Assembly (NCBI RefSeq): GCF_000143415.4
Contig: NW_003314278.1
Span: forward strand, 1,386,673 to 1,450,672
Reading direction: 5' to 3'
DNA: 64,000 bases
DNA from: Selaginella moellendorffii
Lineage: Eukaryota > Plantae > Lycopodiophyta
A model generated the notes under the pieces. It did no database searches. It was not told where the DNA came from and worked only from the letters and a program-made list of their open reading frames with translations. Both the position numbers and the translations under genes were made by a program. Shown one piece after another: positions 44,842 to 56,411 of the stretch (position 1 is the first letter of the stretch; every line of letters starts with the position of its first letter).

Positions 44842-46731
44842 ATGTCTATAGTTGAGCTGAGAGACTTGGGCAGAACTCCATTCACTGCCTCTGAGGCACT
44901 GGAAGCACAGCTCGCGGAAAATTTACGAACATGCAGCAACTTGAGAGACGGCAAGAACATCCACTATTTGATCCTGCAGACAGAGCACCAAGCAAGCAGG
45001 TACCTTGGAAATCTGCTCATCCAGATGTATGGAACATGTGGCAGCTCACAGAACGCAAAGCTGGCGTTTGATTCCATACAAGATCCCAATCACTTCTCGT
45101 GGAACGCTCTCATCATTGCATATGCCCGAAATGGGCATCTTCAGGCAGCAAAGGCAGCATTTGATAGATTTACCGAAAAGGACATGGTTTCCTGGAACAT
45201 AATGATAAATGCCTACATAAAATCTGGTCAGATGTGCGAGGCAATCTCTCTTTTCGAAATAATGCCAGAAAGAAATGTCGTAGCTTGGAACACTATGGTT
45301 ACCGCATTTGCCAAAAATGGCCATTTGGAGGAGGCTAGGCGTACGTTTGAGCTCATGCCTTACAAAAACGCAGTGACTTGGAACTTGATGCTGCAAGCTT
45401 ATGTTGATGCTGGGGAATTACTCCAGGCAGAGCTTTTCTTTTCGAGGATGCCACAGAAAAACGTTATGTCTTGGAATGCCATTGTTTGGCTGCATGGCAA
45501 AAACGGGAAGATTGTCGAGGCAAGGAGACTGTTTGAGAGCACACCATTCAAGAATGTGGTTTCGTGGACGACAATGGTTTCCTGCTACGTAAACAATGGG
45601 GACCTGGAAGAGGCCGAGAGAGTTTTTAACAAGATGCCGGAGAGGAACGAGCTCTCATGGACTTGTATGATCACTGCTTATGCCAATGCCGGCCTCATGG
45701 ACATGGCGACTCAGGTGTTTGAGACGATGCCCGAGACATCCCTAGTCTCGTCCACCGTGATGATCAAGGCCTGCCTCGACAATGGGTGCTTGAAGAAAGC
45801 CAGGGAGATCTTCGACGCCATGCCCGAGCACAACCTCACGTCCTGGACGACGATGATCCAGGGATACATCCAAGGTGACGACTTGAAAGAAGCCAGGAGC
45901 TTGTTCGACTCGATGCTAGAGCGTGACTTGGTAGCCTGGAACGCGATGCTCCAGGGGTATGCTCTCCACGGACGGATCGAAGAGGCCGTGTGCTTGTTCC
46001 AGAAGATGCCCCGAACCAACGTTGTCTCCAGCACAACTCTCCTCAATGCTTACGCGCTGAGTGGATTCGTGGACGACGCCAGAGCCATCTTCGACCAAAT
46101 GCCCACTCCAAACTTGGTATCCTGGACAGCCATGGTGAGGGGATATGCGCTGAATGGGCATATCAGCCAGGCCATGGAGACTTTCTATGCCATGCCCGAG
46201 AGGGACGTTGTAAGCTGGACGATCATGTTGCAAGCCTTCGCTCAAAACGGAGATCTGGCCCGAGCAAGCTTTCTCTTCGAGGCAATGCCGATGAAGAACT
46301 CTGTGTCCTGGACTGCGATGGTGCAAGGCTACGCTTGCAGTGGCTTTGCGGCGTCAGCACTGGAAGCCTGCTCGAGGATGAAGATGGACGGCGAGCAACC
46401 GAATGAAATGACTTTCCTTGGAGCTCTGGCTGCGTGTTGTTACCTGGGGCTGCTGGATCAAGGCTGGAAGAACTTTGTGTCGCTGAAGCAGGACTTTGGA
46501 GTGGCTGCGAGTGCTCAGCACTTCAACAGCATGGTTGATCTCCTGGGCCGAGCTGGCAGGGTGGAGGAGGCCGAGAGTTTGCTCAAAACCATGCCGTTTG
46601 ATCCCGACCATGCTACATGGACGAGCTTGTTGGATGCGCGTAGAAGCCAGCGCGATGAGCTCGAGCCACTTATCTTTCTCCACGAAAGCCAGACTCCTCG
46701 TTGTAAACTGACAGTGCGAGAAAAAACTTAG
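44842..46731 (+). CDS. PLS/SS-class PPR protein (629 aa), truncated E region
   Basis: 'GNLLIQMYGTCGS', many 'NVVSWTTMV..Y...G.LEEA..VF..MP' motifs, 'TFLGALAACC...HFNSMVDLLGRAG...MPFDPDHATWTSLL'. Confidence 0.9.
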   Translation: MSIVELRDLGRTPFTASEALEAQLAENLRTCSNLRDGKNIHYLILQTEHQASRYLGNLLIQMYGTCGSSQNAKLAFDSIQDPNHFSWNALIIAYARNGHLQAAKAAFDRFTEKDMVSWNIMINAYIKSGQMCEAISLFEIMPERNVVAWNTMVTAFAKNGHLEEARRTFELMPYKNAVTWNLMLQAYVDAGELLQAELFFSRMPQKNVMSWNAIVWLHGKNGKIVEARRLFESTPFKNVVSWTTMVSCYVNNGDLEEAERVFNKMPERNELSWTCMITAYANAGLMDMATQVFETMPETSLVSSTVMIKACLDNGCLKKAREIFDAMPEHNLTSWTTMIQGYIQGDDLKEARSLFDSMLERDLVAWNAMLQGYALHGRIEEAVCLFQKMPRTNVVSSTTLLNAYALSGFVDDARAIFDQMPTPNLVSWTAMVRGYALNGHISQAMETFYAMPERDVVSWTIMLQAFAQNGDLARASFLFEAMPMKNSVSWTAMVQGYACSGFAASALEACSRMKMDGEQPNEMTFLGALAACCYLGLLDQGWKNFVSLKQDFGVAASAQHFNSMVDLLGRAGRVEEAESLLKTMPFDPDHATWTSLLDARRSQRDELEPLIFLHESQTPRCKLTVREKT

Positions 46732-46764
46732 CTTTCGACACTTTGCTTTGAAGGATCCATAGAT

Positions 46765-47588
46765 TTACAGGCCTTTGATTTGTTCCGTGAGTCCGGTCAA
46801 ACTCGTCCACTTTTCAAGCGCTGTCGCGGAGGTGAAAAACGCGACCTTGGCCGATTGTCCATCCTTGTTTGAAACTTTGCGAAGCAACACAAAGGTGTTA
46901 GAAAGCTTGCGAGAATTTCTGAAAAAGTCTAGCGTTACCAGCAGTTTGGAGTGTTTGTAGAGAAGAGGTGAAGATCTCCGCTTGGCCTTGTTGCTCGGAA
47001 TTCTTGCTCACCTGCATTGAATATAAACACGTAAAGCTCGACTTGTGATCTTGTGTTCTTCCGCAAACCTTGGAAAATGCCTCTTTAGTCTTGGACACCC
47101 AATCAGCAGCTCCAAGGATGTTGCTGGCTTCCACAAAATCGTCCTTCTCGATGGCTTGCCCAGCTTTGCTCATCTGGTATACAGCATTCTGGACATAGGC
47201 TACACATGAAACATATAAGAACATCTCCAAAACTCAAGAACAAGAAAAGAAACCCACCTGTTTCATCCTTGAGACCGATCAAAGTCTCTCGCTTCTCCAG
47301 CCGCTTCTGCCGATCCCCCTTGACCTTCTCCAGAAGCTCCTCGTCATCGTCGGCCTCGATCAATGCCGCCGCCTTGCGCGAAAGAATTGCCTCAAGGAGC
47401 GGCAGCGAAAGCATTGCCGCCGAGGAGAATGCCGCTCGACGACTGATCACCAGGGCTGGATTCCTCTTATCGAGACTCGCATTGTGCGATGCCATAGCTA
47501 TGGTGATCTTGTGGCACCCTAATTTCCCTGGAGCTGGATTAGCGCGCGTGAGAGGGAGTGCGCCATGCCCAGCCACTACTCCCGCCAT
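46765..47588 (-). CDS. MPH2: Thylakoid lumenal 16.5-kDa protein (MPH2-like), multi-exon
   Basis: Transit peptide with twin-Arg 'SRRAAF...KAAA', then 'LIEADDDEELLEKVKGDRQKRL', 'YVQNAVYQMSKAGQAIEKDD', C-terminus 'ALEKWTSLTGLTEQIKGL*'; three short introns. Confidence 0.82.
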
Positions 47589-47674
47589 ATCCAACTGTGC
47601 TTAGGGTTGAGCCTCGTTACCTTTAAACATTAACTATAATTATTGGCATAATTTACATCTCTTCAGCATAAGAA

Positions 47675-47758
47675 CCGATCTTAGCTCAGTTGGTAGAGCG
47701 GAGGACTGTAGTGTACACTGATATCCTTAGGTCGCTGGTTCGATTCCGGCAGATCGGA
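47675..47758 (+). tRNA. tRNA-Tyr: tRNA-Tyr (GUA) with 11-nt intron (47712-47722)
   Basis: Acceptor stem CCGATCT/AGATCGG, A box TAGCTCAGTTGG, anticodon loop CTGTAG, B box GGTTCGATTCC, T7 terminator at 47768-47774. Confidence 0.96.
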
Positions 47759-47767
47759 TGCTAATAG

Positions 47768-47774
47768 TTTTTTT
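47768..47774 (+). terminator. Pol III oligo-dT terminator of tRNA-Tyr
   Basis: Run of seven T, 9 nt downstream of the tRNA. Confidence 0.75.
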
Positions 47775-48050
47775 AAACGGGAAGATAAGACGGTCTATAT
47801 TTTAACCATTTCTTTGTGTACGTCATAAAATAAACTGGAATATTCCTCCCTGGGTCTTCACTATCTTCTAAGTTATCGGAGAAGAACGCGCGCGCCTCGG
47901 GAGAGAGAGAGAGGGTTTCTTTCTCCAGCGCGTCCACCGAATGCTCTCGCGAGGTATGAGATTTTCCAGGGGGATGGAGCCGCGGCAGCGGCAGCGGCAG
48001 CTAGGGTTGACGATGACGACGACGAATTCCCCCGCCAAGCACAAGAATCC

Positions 48051-49496
48051 ATGGCCGCGATGCTGAAAGGCGTCAAGGAGGAGGCAGCTCGAGCTGTTGT
48101 TCGCGATGCCGCGCAGCGCGGCCACACCTGCATCGAGCTCCGCCGCGACGGCAAGCGCCCGATCTTCTTCTGCCTCGTCTGCGGCACTCGCAGCTACAAC
48201 GACGATTCCTTGTGGAATCACCTCAAGGGAAATCTCCACGCGCGGCATTTGGCTGGGAGTGGCCTCGTGTCGCCAAAGCCCGACGATGAGAGGCAAGGCA
48301 GCGAGGCAGGCAGCATTGTGGGCGCTCAAAAGAGGATCTATGGGACCAAGAACCACCGGCATTCTTCCAAGATGGAAGTGGACAGCCCCAGCTCTAACAC
48401 CTCTTCCTCTCTGGTGGCTCCATTAAATCTGGTTGCTCTGCCGGAGCTTCCACTCCAGCTGGTCGATCAAGGGCAGATGTTCGTCAAGGTCCGGCCTGGT
48501 GCTCAGTTCGTGGAGGCTTGCTGGCTGGAGAAGCGAGTGCTTGTGAAGCAGCAGCAAAGCGGCCAGGCCGAGTATGGACTCGTCGTGTTTCCATACAGCG
48601 AAGGACTCGGCAAAGGCGTGGTGCTGTGTTCTTCCGCCAAAGAAGAGACTGGGGAGAACAATAGCGGCAGTGCTCCTCGAGCTATGGCGATTGTCGAGCA
48701 GCAGGCAAAGAAAGGGACGAGGGGCCGGAAGCGCACGAAGCAAACCGAGAGGATTTGCTTCATCTGCCGGCAAAAGATGGTCGCTGGGAAGGATGTTGCC
48801 ACGCTTCTCAACATGAGCAACAGGCAAATGATGTGTCACAGTCGAAACTGGCTCGGGGTATGTTCTTTCTTCCTTGTTCTTGTTTGTCATCCCACTTTCG
48901 TGATTTCTATGGTGTTCTTGGGTTTAACTTCTCTAGTTTTTTGGTTGCAGGCTTTCCACGTCTATCACACTTACTGTCTCATCAACTGGATCTTGTTGTT
49001 TGACGCTAAGTTCTGGATGGGACACTCGCTGCACTTCAGCCGGAACTTCCGCAAGAGCCTCCAGAGTGTCGGGCAGCAGCACCTCAATCACCAGGACAAG
49101 CCGATCTTCTGTCCGGAGTGTCAAGGGACAGGATTTCGATTCAATGGTGGACATCTCGAACCTCCTCGATATCGATTAGCTCAGGTAGAGTCTTTTTCCT
49201 TGTCCCGCGTTCCTTAGTTCTGTGGCTTGTTTGCAAAACAGATATTTGACTGGGTCCTGGAACTAGTTCAAGCGAGAAAGGTTTGGATAGACCGTCTCGG
49301 TCAAGAAATTACAGGACTGATGTTCCACGCCTCATCAAAGGTGAATAAATCGAAGTTGCGTGCTTTTCTTTTTGTCCTGATGAAGCGTGTCGCTGGTGTT
49401 TGGTTGAAGGGGATAGGCCATCCACGGGATTTCGAAAGCTCACTGGTTCTCCCTAGGGGAATGTTACGATTCTTTTACTCACAGCCTGACAGGTAA
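48051..49496 (+). CDS. Conserved plant protein of unknown function with N-terminal C2H2-type and C-terminal RING/PHD-like zinc fingers, multi-exon
   Basis: 'GHTCIELRRDGKRPIFFCLVCGTRSYNDDSLWNHLKGNLH', 'RICFICRQKM..GKDVATLLN', 'AFHVYHTYCLINWIL', 'FCPECQGTG'. Introns at ~48858-48950 and ~49184-49241; 3' end uncertain. Confidence 0.75.
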
Positions 49497-49728
49497 AAGG
49501 TTTATTTTTTCTTGTTGTAAGATCGTGGTACTGATAGAAATCTCTCTTTCTCAGCAAGCTTGATGTTCTCCGGATAGACAACGATGGGACCGCAAGTATG
49601 GAAGTTGACGTCTAGTTTTCGCTCGATCCAAAAGTATGTATATGTATATATATATCTTTTACACTCGCAGTCGCAGTTCAGACAGCAAACCGCAAACTTC
49701 TCTCTCAATCTCTTGTCGACGATCGCCA

Positions 49729-50586
49729 TCACCGCTTACAGGCAAGCTCGATCGTGCTCTCCTCTGAAAGTGTGGGATTTAAGCAGAGCTTCCTGGCATC
49801 GTTGTAGCCAATCAGCGCGTTCTCAAAGTCGGCATTCTCCAGATTGGCTCCTTGGAAAGTGGAGCCGGACAGGACGGTGTTCCGGAAAACGGCACCTTTC
49901 ATATCGGCCTTGTCGAAGACAACCCGGTCAAGGACAGCGTTGGTGAAATCAGTTCCTGCGATTCAAAGTTTTGAGAAGCCAGCGCCAGGGAAGAAAACGA
50001 TCACCTTTGAAGCTGCCCCCGACGGCGTAGGCTTTGGACATGACCACCTCGGTCATGTCCGCGCCATCGAACTTGGCGTCGGCCATGAGAGCTGCGGACA
50101 GCGTCTTGCCTTTGAGCCCCTCCTTGTTATCCGTGAAGTCGCAGAAGCGAAGATCCAGGAGCTTGTCCGCGACGCCGTTGGCCTGGCCGATGGTGTTGCC
50201 CACGAAGGCGCGCTCGCAGCGCCTGGGATCATTCGAGAGTGGTGGTAGCCTCACCTGGAAAGGAAAGAAACTTACAAACTTTCAAGAACTCGCGGGAAGA
50301 ACCGGAAGTACTCTCTCACCTCGGCAATGGAAGAAAACGCTGTTGTAGCGATCGCGAATCCAGCGCAGAGGCCGCAGGCTAGAGCTCCGAGAGTGCTCCT
50401 TCTGGAGCCATCTTGTTCTCCCGCTGCTGCGAATCACAGCGCAGCGGAGAGAAATTTGGATCTCTGGAGGAATGCGCGTTACTCACCAGCGCAGCACCGA
50501 ACGAGCACTGCCCGCCGCGAGCGATTTAAGCAAGAGCGGGCGCTTGGAGCCGAGAAGCTTGGATGTTGCCGCAAAGAAGCCGCCAT
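49729..50586 (-). CDS. TL17: Thylakoid lumenal 17.4-kDa pentapeptide-repeat protein, multi-exon
   Basis: 'RLPPLSNDPRRCERAFVGNTIGQANGVADKLLDLRFCDF...LKGKTLSAALMADAKFDGADMTEVVMSKAYAVG', pentapeptide repeats, 'KLCLNPTL...ELACKR*'; transit-like N-terminus. Confidence 0.88.
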
Positions 50587-51020
50587 AGCTTGAGAGGAAG
50601 ACGCCGTCCACGTGGAGGATCAAGCGCTGACGTGGCCCTAAAATCGCGACACTTTGCCCTAAAATCTACCTAGATTTTAGTTGGAGAGCTAGAGTGCAGT
50701 GGAATGGATAGGCAGAATGATCACGATTCCTTTCCAAGCTAGGAAACCGATGGCCAACCGGCGATCCGACGGCCAGCGTGCGGCCCGGGGTGCGCATCCG
50801 ACGGCCCAGCGCCGCTTGCTTCGTACAGCACCCAAAAGAAGAGAAGGGAATGGATGGAAATGCCAAAGTTTGGTGATTTGGCGCGCTTCTCGGCTGGTGG
50901 AATTGTTGTTCTGTCTTTGTGCTCCGACTACTCTCTCTCTCTTGCTTGCCTTGGTCCTCAAGTGTGTGTGGCCACGCAGTTTGTTGGCTGTTCTTGTCTG
51001 CTGGAAACCTTGGCCCCGGG

Positions 51021-51027
51021 TATAAAT
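51021..51027 (+). promoter_or_regulatory. Putative TATA box of laccase
   Basis: TATAAAT about 110 bp upstream of the laccase ATG, in otherwise GC-rich sequence. Confidence 0.5.
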
Positions 51028-51131
51028 GGCTGCCATCGTCACTCCGGAATTTCCATCGCCGGGATCGCAGCTCGGGAGTTCTCAGCTCGAGCTCTTCATT
51101 CGTTTGCTTCGTCTTTGCTCGGGAAGAGGCA

Positions 51132-53128
51132 ATGCACTCCACCATGCTGCTGCTCGCCATCGGCATTGTTCTTGCGCTCGCACAGGGAGTCCAAGCCGGA
51201 GTTACCAGGCACTACAACTTCACGGTGAGTAGAATGGGTCTTTCTTCTCCAGAGTGGATGGATGAAACTCGCGGCCTTGTTTGCTAGATCCAATCGCACA
51301 AAGTGAGCAAGCTCTGCAGCACCAAGCACATAATCTCAGTGAACCGAAAGTTTCCAGGACCAACGATTCACCTCGACGAGGGCGATCGCGTTGTCGTCAA
51401 AGTCACGAACCGAGTCCCACACAACATGACCATACACTGGTAAGTCCTGAAGCAAAGAAGAAAATTAAAGAGAGATGATTGAATTCTCGAGAGTTTATAC
51501 CAGGCATGGAGTGAGGCAACTGCGATCCGCCTGGTTTGATGGACCCGCCTACATCACCCAGTGCCCGATCCAGCCAAACCAGACGTTCACGTACAACTTC
51601 ACGGTCACCGAGCAGCGAGGAACTCTGTGGTGGCACGCGCACATCAACTGGCTGAGAGCAACCGTGCATGGAGCCTTCATCATCCATCCAAAGCCCGGCC
51701 TCGGCTACCCCTTTCCAAAGCCCGAGAAGGAAGTTCCACTCGTCTTCAGTAAGAGACCGCACTAGAAACCCGATGAGCTTGTCTAACTTTGAGAGTTTTC
51801 CGTCCAGGCGAGTGGTGGAAGAGCGACGTTTTCAAAGTCGTCAAGCAAGCGCTTGGAACCGGCGGCGGTCCAAACATCTCGGATGCCTTCACCATCAATG
51901 GAAAACCCGGGCCTCTCTACAATTGCTCCTCCCAAGGTGCGCTGATCGTTTCCAGACCTCCTTTCTGGACAGCTAACGAGTTTATATCGCAGATGTCTTC
52001 GTCCTCAATGCTCTTCCTGGGAAAACTTATCTCCTCCGGCTCGTGAACGCTGTCCTCAACACGGAGCTCTTCTTCGCCATAGCCAACCACACTCTAACCG
52101 TGGTGGAAGCGGACGCTGGCTACGTCAAGCCTTTCAACACCAACGTCGTGGTGATTGCTCCAGGGCAGACCATGAACCTGTTGGTGACTGCCAACCAAGC
52201 TCCAGGACGCTACTTCATGGCTGCTCACTCGTACGAGTCGGGCCAAAACGTAACCTTTGACAACACCACCGTCACCGCCATTTTCCAGTACCAGCAAGCT
52301 TCTTCTTCGTCCCCCCCAGTTCTCCCGCCTCTCCCGTTTTTCAACGACACCAAACCAGTCACGGCCTTCAACAATAAGCTGAGGAAGCTCGCAACTCCTG
52401 AGGATCCCATCGCGGTTCCACAGACTGTCGACCAGCACCTCTTCTTCACGGTTGGCCTGGCCGTCGAGAACTGTCCACCGGGAGCCTCAAACAAAACTTG
52501 TCAGGGACCTAACGGCGGAAGGTTTGCTGCTTCTGTCAACAACATCACCTTCACGGTGCCAACAACGGCCATTCTTCAAGCTCACTACTTCAACACCCCC
52601 GGCGTCTACAGCACTGATTTCCCCTTCTCGCCTTTGGTGAAGTTCAACTACACGGGCCCGTCACTCAAGAACCTCAACTCCATCAATGGAACCCGGACGA
52701 AAGTAGCGGTCCTTCCTTACGGAGCCAATGTCGAGCTCATTTTGCAAGATACCAGCATCGTCACGACTGAAAGCCATCCGATCCACTTGCATGGCTACAA
52801 CTTCTACGTCGTTGGAACGGGGTTTGGAAACTACAACTCTTCCCTGGCGTCCACATTCAACCTCGTTGATCCACCGGAGAGGAACACTATCGGAGTACCC
52901 GTTGGAGGATGGGCCGCACTGAGATTCAAGACAGACAATCCCGGTTAGTAGTTTCGCTGAAGCAAAGAAAACTTACTTTGTTCCTTCTCTTTCGCAGGGG
53001 CTTGGTTCATGCATTGCCACTTGGAAATCCACCAATCTTGGGGACTGGATACAGCCTTTATCGTCAACAATGGAAAGGGTCCTTCGCAATCACTACAGCC
53101 ACCACCGGCAGATCTTCCCAAGTGCTAA
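51132..53128 (+). CDS. LAC: Laccase (multicopper oxidase), six exons
   Basis: Signal peptide '[22 protein letters not shown]', HWHG (intron-split), 'GTLWWHAH', 'HPIHLHG', '[15 protein letters not shown]', terminal 'PPPADLPKC*'; five GT-AG introns. Confidence 0.95.
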
Positions 53129-53238
53129 AAGCAGTAAAATCGCTGCAAAAGAGTATGTTTTGTTTTGCTTGAATCTTTTTTTGTAACATCCAAGATGTGA
53201 GAAAATAAAGAACCAACTTGAGATTACCTCGGCTCCCC

Positions 53239-54110
53239 TCAAGTACATAGAAACGGAAAGGGACAAACTATCAAGCTTAGCACTAGAGCTGAAACACCAG
53301 CAATTATATGCTTTGAGCTTGGAGGCTTTACTCCATCAGCGTGAGGAGCAACAGGCCCGCCTTGGAGAAAAACGTCGCTGAAGTTAAGCCAAGTAGAGCA
53401 ATAGAAACACCATCCAATCAAGACCACCACTGAAAAATAAAAAAAAACAACCTTTTTCCCCCAGAGTGCTTGATTGCATTTATCAGCAAGCCAGAGCACG
53501 CTGAGAGAATTACTGGATTAATGGATATGGTGGAAAGAGCATCACCAAGTAAGAACTTCGCTGCATCAGTCGTTAGTCCATCACAACGTAATATCAAAGC
53601 CGATTTACCTGAGTCTTGAACGATTGATGAACTGAGAAGAAGCCCGTCTCCTTGTTCGGGTGTCAACAAGCGCCCAACAAACAACAATGATTGCCAGCAA
53701 GAAAACTGCACCGGTGACAAGATAACTCCACGAGCTCTAATCTGTTTTTCAGCACCGTGATTCCACCGAATGACCCGAAAACAAGAGATCAAAGAAAAAG
53801 TTCTCGAGTACCTGCCAGCTCGGAATACGATGCTTGCTCTAATTCACTTCGCAGCAACGTAGTGGCCCATTGTGTGCAAGGAGAACTGGCGCTCTCGGCA
53901 CAGCTGTTCGAAGATAAGACTTCAAGAAGCATGTTTAGAACTCCCGCAGTATTTTAAGCTCCAACAGCCAGCTCATAGTAAGCGAGAACGTATCGAAGCC
54001 GAAAACCTGGTTATGAATCGTTTCCAGGTCCTCTTTCGGGATTTTGATGCTTTCGAGTGGTGCCTTTCAAGATCAAAATCGTCTCTAGAAAAAGAAGGAG
54101 CTCTTCGTTG
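53239..54110 (-). pseudogene. EGY2 pseudogene (deleted duplicate of 56412-58516)
   Basis: Retains 'STISINPVILSACSGLLINAI', 'LQGGPVAPHADGVKPPSSKHIIAGVSALVLSL' and intron remnants, but with many deletions. Confidence 0.88.
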
Positions 54111-54396
54111 CTAAAGCTATATCACCTTATCTATTCAATGATGTTCAAGATTTTGATGGTTTGGTGGGCGCTACATGTCTCGATTAAGGGCGTCGTGGGT
54201 TCGAGCTATCAAACTAAGAGTTATCAAAATTTGTGTTGTCCAGCACTACAGCTTCCTCACTCTAAATCAACATAAGTCTGGACCTTGCAAAAAAAAGTCA
54301 TGTCTTCCAAGCTTTTCCAGTGGATCACTCCACGCATAAGGCGTCCTGCTCAAAGCGGCTCAGCCAACCAACATTCACAAGCAAATACCAGAAAAC

Positions 54397-55511
54397 TCAC
54401 ACGCACGCAGTTGGAGTAGTTTCCACGTCCGTGTCAGTCGTCCGCCTTCGCTTGCGGATACAGCACTCTGGCATATTATTGCCTGATTTCTGCAAAATAA
54501 AAAAAATGTCAAGAATGTTGATATGCACAGAAGTGTTTACCGCCATCAGTTTCAAGCTCTCATCAATGCCGCCCCTGTACTCCTGCAGCTTTTCCAGGTT
54601 CTCCATGTTGCTCTCGAGCACCTTAAACTTCACCTTGTACTGAGGAAGATTGGGCAGCATCAGCTCATCTCTTCCAGGTCTGGTAGCCGAAGTGAGTATA
54701 GCTGGTCTCCGATGTCATAAAATACAGCCCCACAACTCCTATGCTGTTTTGACGTAGGAAGCCTACCAGCATGTAAACTGGGTGCCAGACAACAGTCCTA
54801 CGTGTCTTGGCCAGAGTCGACTGCAGGAGGAACGTAACTTGCCGCTTGAAGTCGATGAAAACGCTGTCTACGACAGCCTCCGTCTGCAACCTTGGGCCAG
54901 AAATAAGCTGCCTTCACACCTTTGTCCAGGCAATCTATGATCTTCTCCTCCAAATCCTCAAAACTGGAGTAGAAATACACGTGAAGATCCTGCACTGGCA
55001 CGATGCGCTTGTATGCTACAAGACGCGGCGAGGTCCCGTGGCGGATTTCAGAGGAGAGATCATGGAACTGCTGATTCATCTCACGTTTCCAAAGTTCCTC
55101 GCTGACTGTGAGCAGATCCTGCCCCGGACCATGCCCGCTCGAGCTTCAGGCAACGTCCAAAAGCTGGTGGTCGATGAGCAGGAGGCACGTAAGTTTCAAA
55201 AGCTGTTCCATTATAAACTTCAGGCCAATCTTCGTGTAACCTTCAGCCCAATAAGATCCTCTGTCCAGGAGGACAGCGAAATCCGGGAACTCCTTGTCCA
55301 GATAATAGGGAACCACAGAGATCACGGAGAGCAGTGATTTTTCGCGTTCGGTTTCAGCCTTCAGCTCTTTGAGAACAGGAAGGAACCGCCGTGGTTTCTG
55401 GAACGTAAGCCTTGGAACAAAACCAGCATAGTAAACGTGCCGCTGCACATCGCCCCAATCTAGTTCCCCCCTAAACACAAGTTTGCAGCTCTTGTTCACG
55501 TTCATGACCAC
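54397..55511 (-). pseudogene. Decayed intronless gene, tentatively Crinkler/RHS-type (NTPase tail plus restriction-endonuclease-fold)
   Basis: Successive ORFs 55146-55511, 54798-55079, 54665-54889 and 54397-54660 joined by one stop and two frameshifts. Motifs 'VYYAGFVPR' and 'AAYFWPK..QTEAVVDSVFIDFKRQVTFLLQSTLAKT'. Family call is by motif resemblance only. Confidence 0.4.
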
Positions 55512-56129
55512 AACGAGAACTTATGCAATCTTCAAAGAGAAGAAGCTTTATTTTGTGGGGGATAGAGCTAAAGTTGGTGGGTACTTGAGTGCCCGATGAT
55601 CTTCATAAGCGACGGTTGTGCTTTTGAGGGGCTCGGTTTCATAGCAGCCAACACGCTGCTGATTGCGGATCCTGATTAGCTTTTTCAAGTCGAGAGACGG
55701 TTACGATGTTTTTTACGGACGATTGTGAAATGACGAGGAGCTCAAGGAGTGCCACAAGCCAATCATCGTTTTTCCAGTCCCCCGAGTGCCCTGCAAAACG
55801 GGATAGCTGCCCCTCGTACCTCTTCCTGCTCACTCCCTTCCTTTCTTCCTGCTCACTCTCTTCCTCCGCACTCTCTTCTCTCTCGCGAAGCTCAAGCTCC
55901 GATTCCTTAAACAGCTCCACACATTCCTGACGAACATACGGGGTAGTCAAGCCTCAGCTTGAAGAGGCAGCCTGCTTCTGGCTCGTCCGCCTGGGCGGCA
56001 CTCCACAAACCGCGAGTTGTAATAGCTCCCAAACACCTCGAACAAAACTGGAACAAACATCAGGTGGAAGAAGCCAGGGAGCTCAAGAACCCTAAAGCAA
56101 CGTGAAGTCTTTCATGTCCTAACTTTATA

Positions 56130-56340
56130 AACAACATCACCTTCACGGTGCCAACGACGGCTTCTTCAAGCTCACTGGCCCGGCACCCAAGAACCTCACC
56201 GACGAGAGTAGCATCCTTCCCTACGGAGCTCATTTTGCATGAAACCAGCATCATCACCGAAAGCCATTCCATCCACTTGCCCAAACTTGGGGACTGGATG
56301 CAGTCTTCCCAAATGCTAAGCGCAGTAAAATCGCGCACGT
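56130..56340 (+). pseudogene. Laccase remnant (heavily deleted duplicate of the 3' part of 51132-53128)
   Basis: Near-identical pieces AACAACATCACCTTCACGGTGCCAAC, GAGCTCATTTTGCA, GAAAGCCAT..ATCCACTTGC, TTGGGGACTGGAT and the same 3' UTR text GCAGTAAAATCGC. Confidence 0.88.
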
Positions 56341-56411
56341 AAAAGAGTATATTTTGTTTTGCTTGAATTTTTTGAACATCAAAGATGTGAGAAATAACTT
56401 GAGTTAACCCT

